Origin: Naegleria gruberi | Taxonomy: Eukaryota | DNA length: 64,000 nucleotides | Reading direction: 5' to 3' (one strand) | NCBI GenBank assembly: GCA_000004985.1 | Contig: GG738872.1 | Shown: in pieces, positions 63,852 through 64,000 of the stretch | Position numbering within the stretch: position 1 is the stretch's first letter | Layout of the letters: each line of letters begins with the position of its first letter | Made by a program: the position numbers and the translations under genes | Notes under the pieces: model-generated | Database searches by the model: none | Told to the model about the DNA's origin: nothing | Seen by the model: only the letters and a program-made list of their open reading frames with translations

Positions 63852-64000
63852 ATAAATAAATTGTTTTTGTTCTCATTTAATGCATGGCTTGGATTTCTAT
63901 ATCAGAAAGGCATGGTATTCCATTCGAAATCTTCTTTAGAATGGCGTAGGTAAAAAGGAAGTGTGACTTGTCGTCATTTGCAAGGTAAGCAATTGAGTAA

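Noticed and set aside
1-64000. Assignment to Dictyostelium or a ciliate, which the AT-richness, poly-N tracts, hybrid histidine kinases and G/T-rich telomere would suggest
   Set aside because: - The enkurin gene implies flagella or cilia, which dictyostelids lack.
- Long ORFs in the standard code, with TAA/TAG as stops and Gln encoded by CAA/CAG, argue against Tetrahymena/Paramecium-type ciliates.
- I therefore leave the organism unassigned.
1-64000. Prokaryotic feature classes (operons, CRISPR arrays, Rho-independent terminators, IS elements)
   Set aside because: The sequence is eukaryotic, with telomere, spliceosomal introns, a histone, a 5S gene with a Pol III terminator, and nuclear-type genes. 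No direct-repeat/spacer architecture is present.

Overview
This window is the left end of a eukaryotic nuclear chromosome from an AT-rich protist-like organism. It uses the standard genetic code: TAA, TAG and TGA all terminate, and Gln is encoded by CAA/CAG. Genes have very short spliceosomal introns of about 42-115 nt with GTAAGT donors, so several ORF-track entries are really exons of larger genes. I re-joined these by reading the splice sites myself. The ORF track also labels GTG/TTG starts as M, so I re-checked start codons base by base.

Content from left to right:
- A perfect (CCCAAA)n telomere (G-strand TTTGGG) occupies about 1-367, followed by degenerate 14-bp variant repeats.
- A roughly 9.2 kb distal block holds a 4.3 kb assembly gap, a partial histone H3 variant with a long N-terminal extension, and a 921-aa ORF that fuses a tyrosine-recombinase (Crypton/DIRS-like) core to a C-terminal chromodomain.
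- A second, short telomere repeat (CCCAAA)x4 sits at 9706-9731 in the same orientation. It abuts, in frame, the broken-off middle of a receptor-type cyclase-homology gene. This looks like an old healed chromosome break or telomere-targeted insertion.
- The rest is ordinary gene-dense DNA:
  - a TrkA-C / CitMHS-type anion permease;
  - two intact paralogs of a receptor-like pseudo-cyclase family, at 14.7-17.1 kb and 53.4-55.9 kb;
  - an about 1,860-aa gp210-like type I membrane glycoprotein;
  - a hybrid histidine kinase with GAF, PAS, HisKA, HATPase and receiver domains;
  - a solitary 5S rRNA gene;
  - a 4-exon NHL-repeat/EGF receptor Ser/Thr kinase;
  - a formate/nitrite transporter;
  - a DH-PH RhoGEF;
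  - a 3,131-aa intronless homolog of bacterial cyclic beta-1,2-glucan synthase (GT84 + GH94);
  - an enkurin-domain protein, which implies the organism builds cilia or flagella;
  - a ferritin with an N-terminal presequence;
  - a 7TM receptor-like protein;
  - a His-tract-rich beta-propeller-like protein.

There are no prokaryotic features: no operons and no CRISPR. I cannot name the organism from sequence alone.
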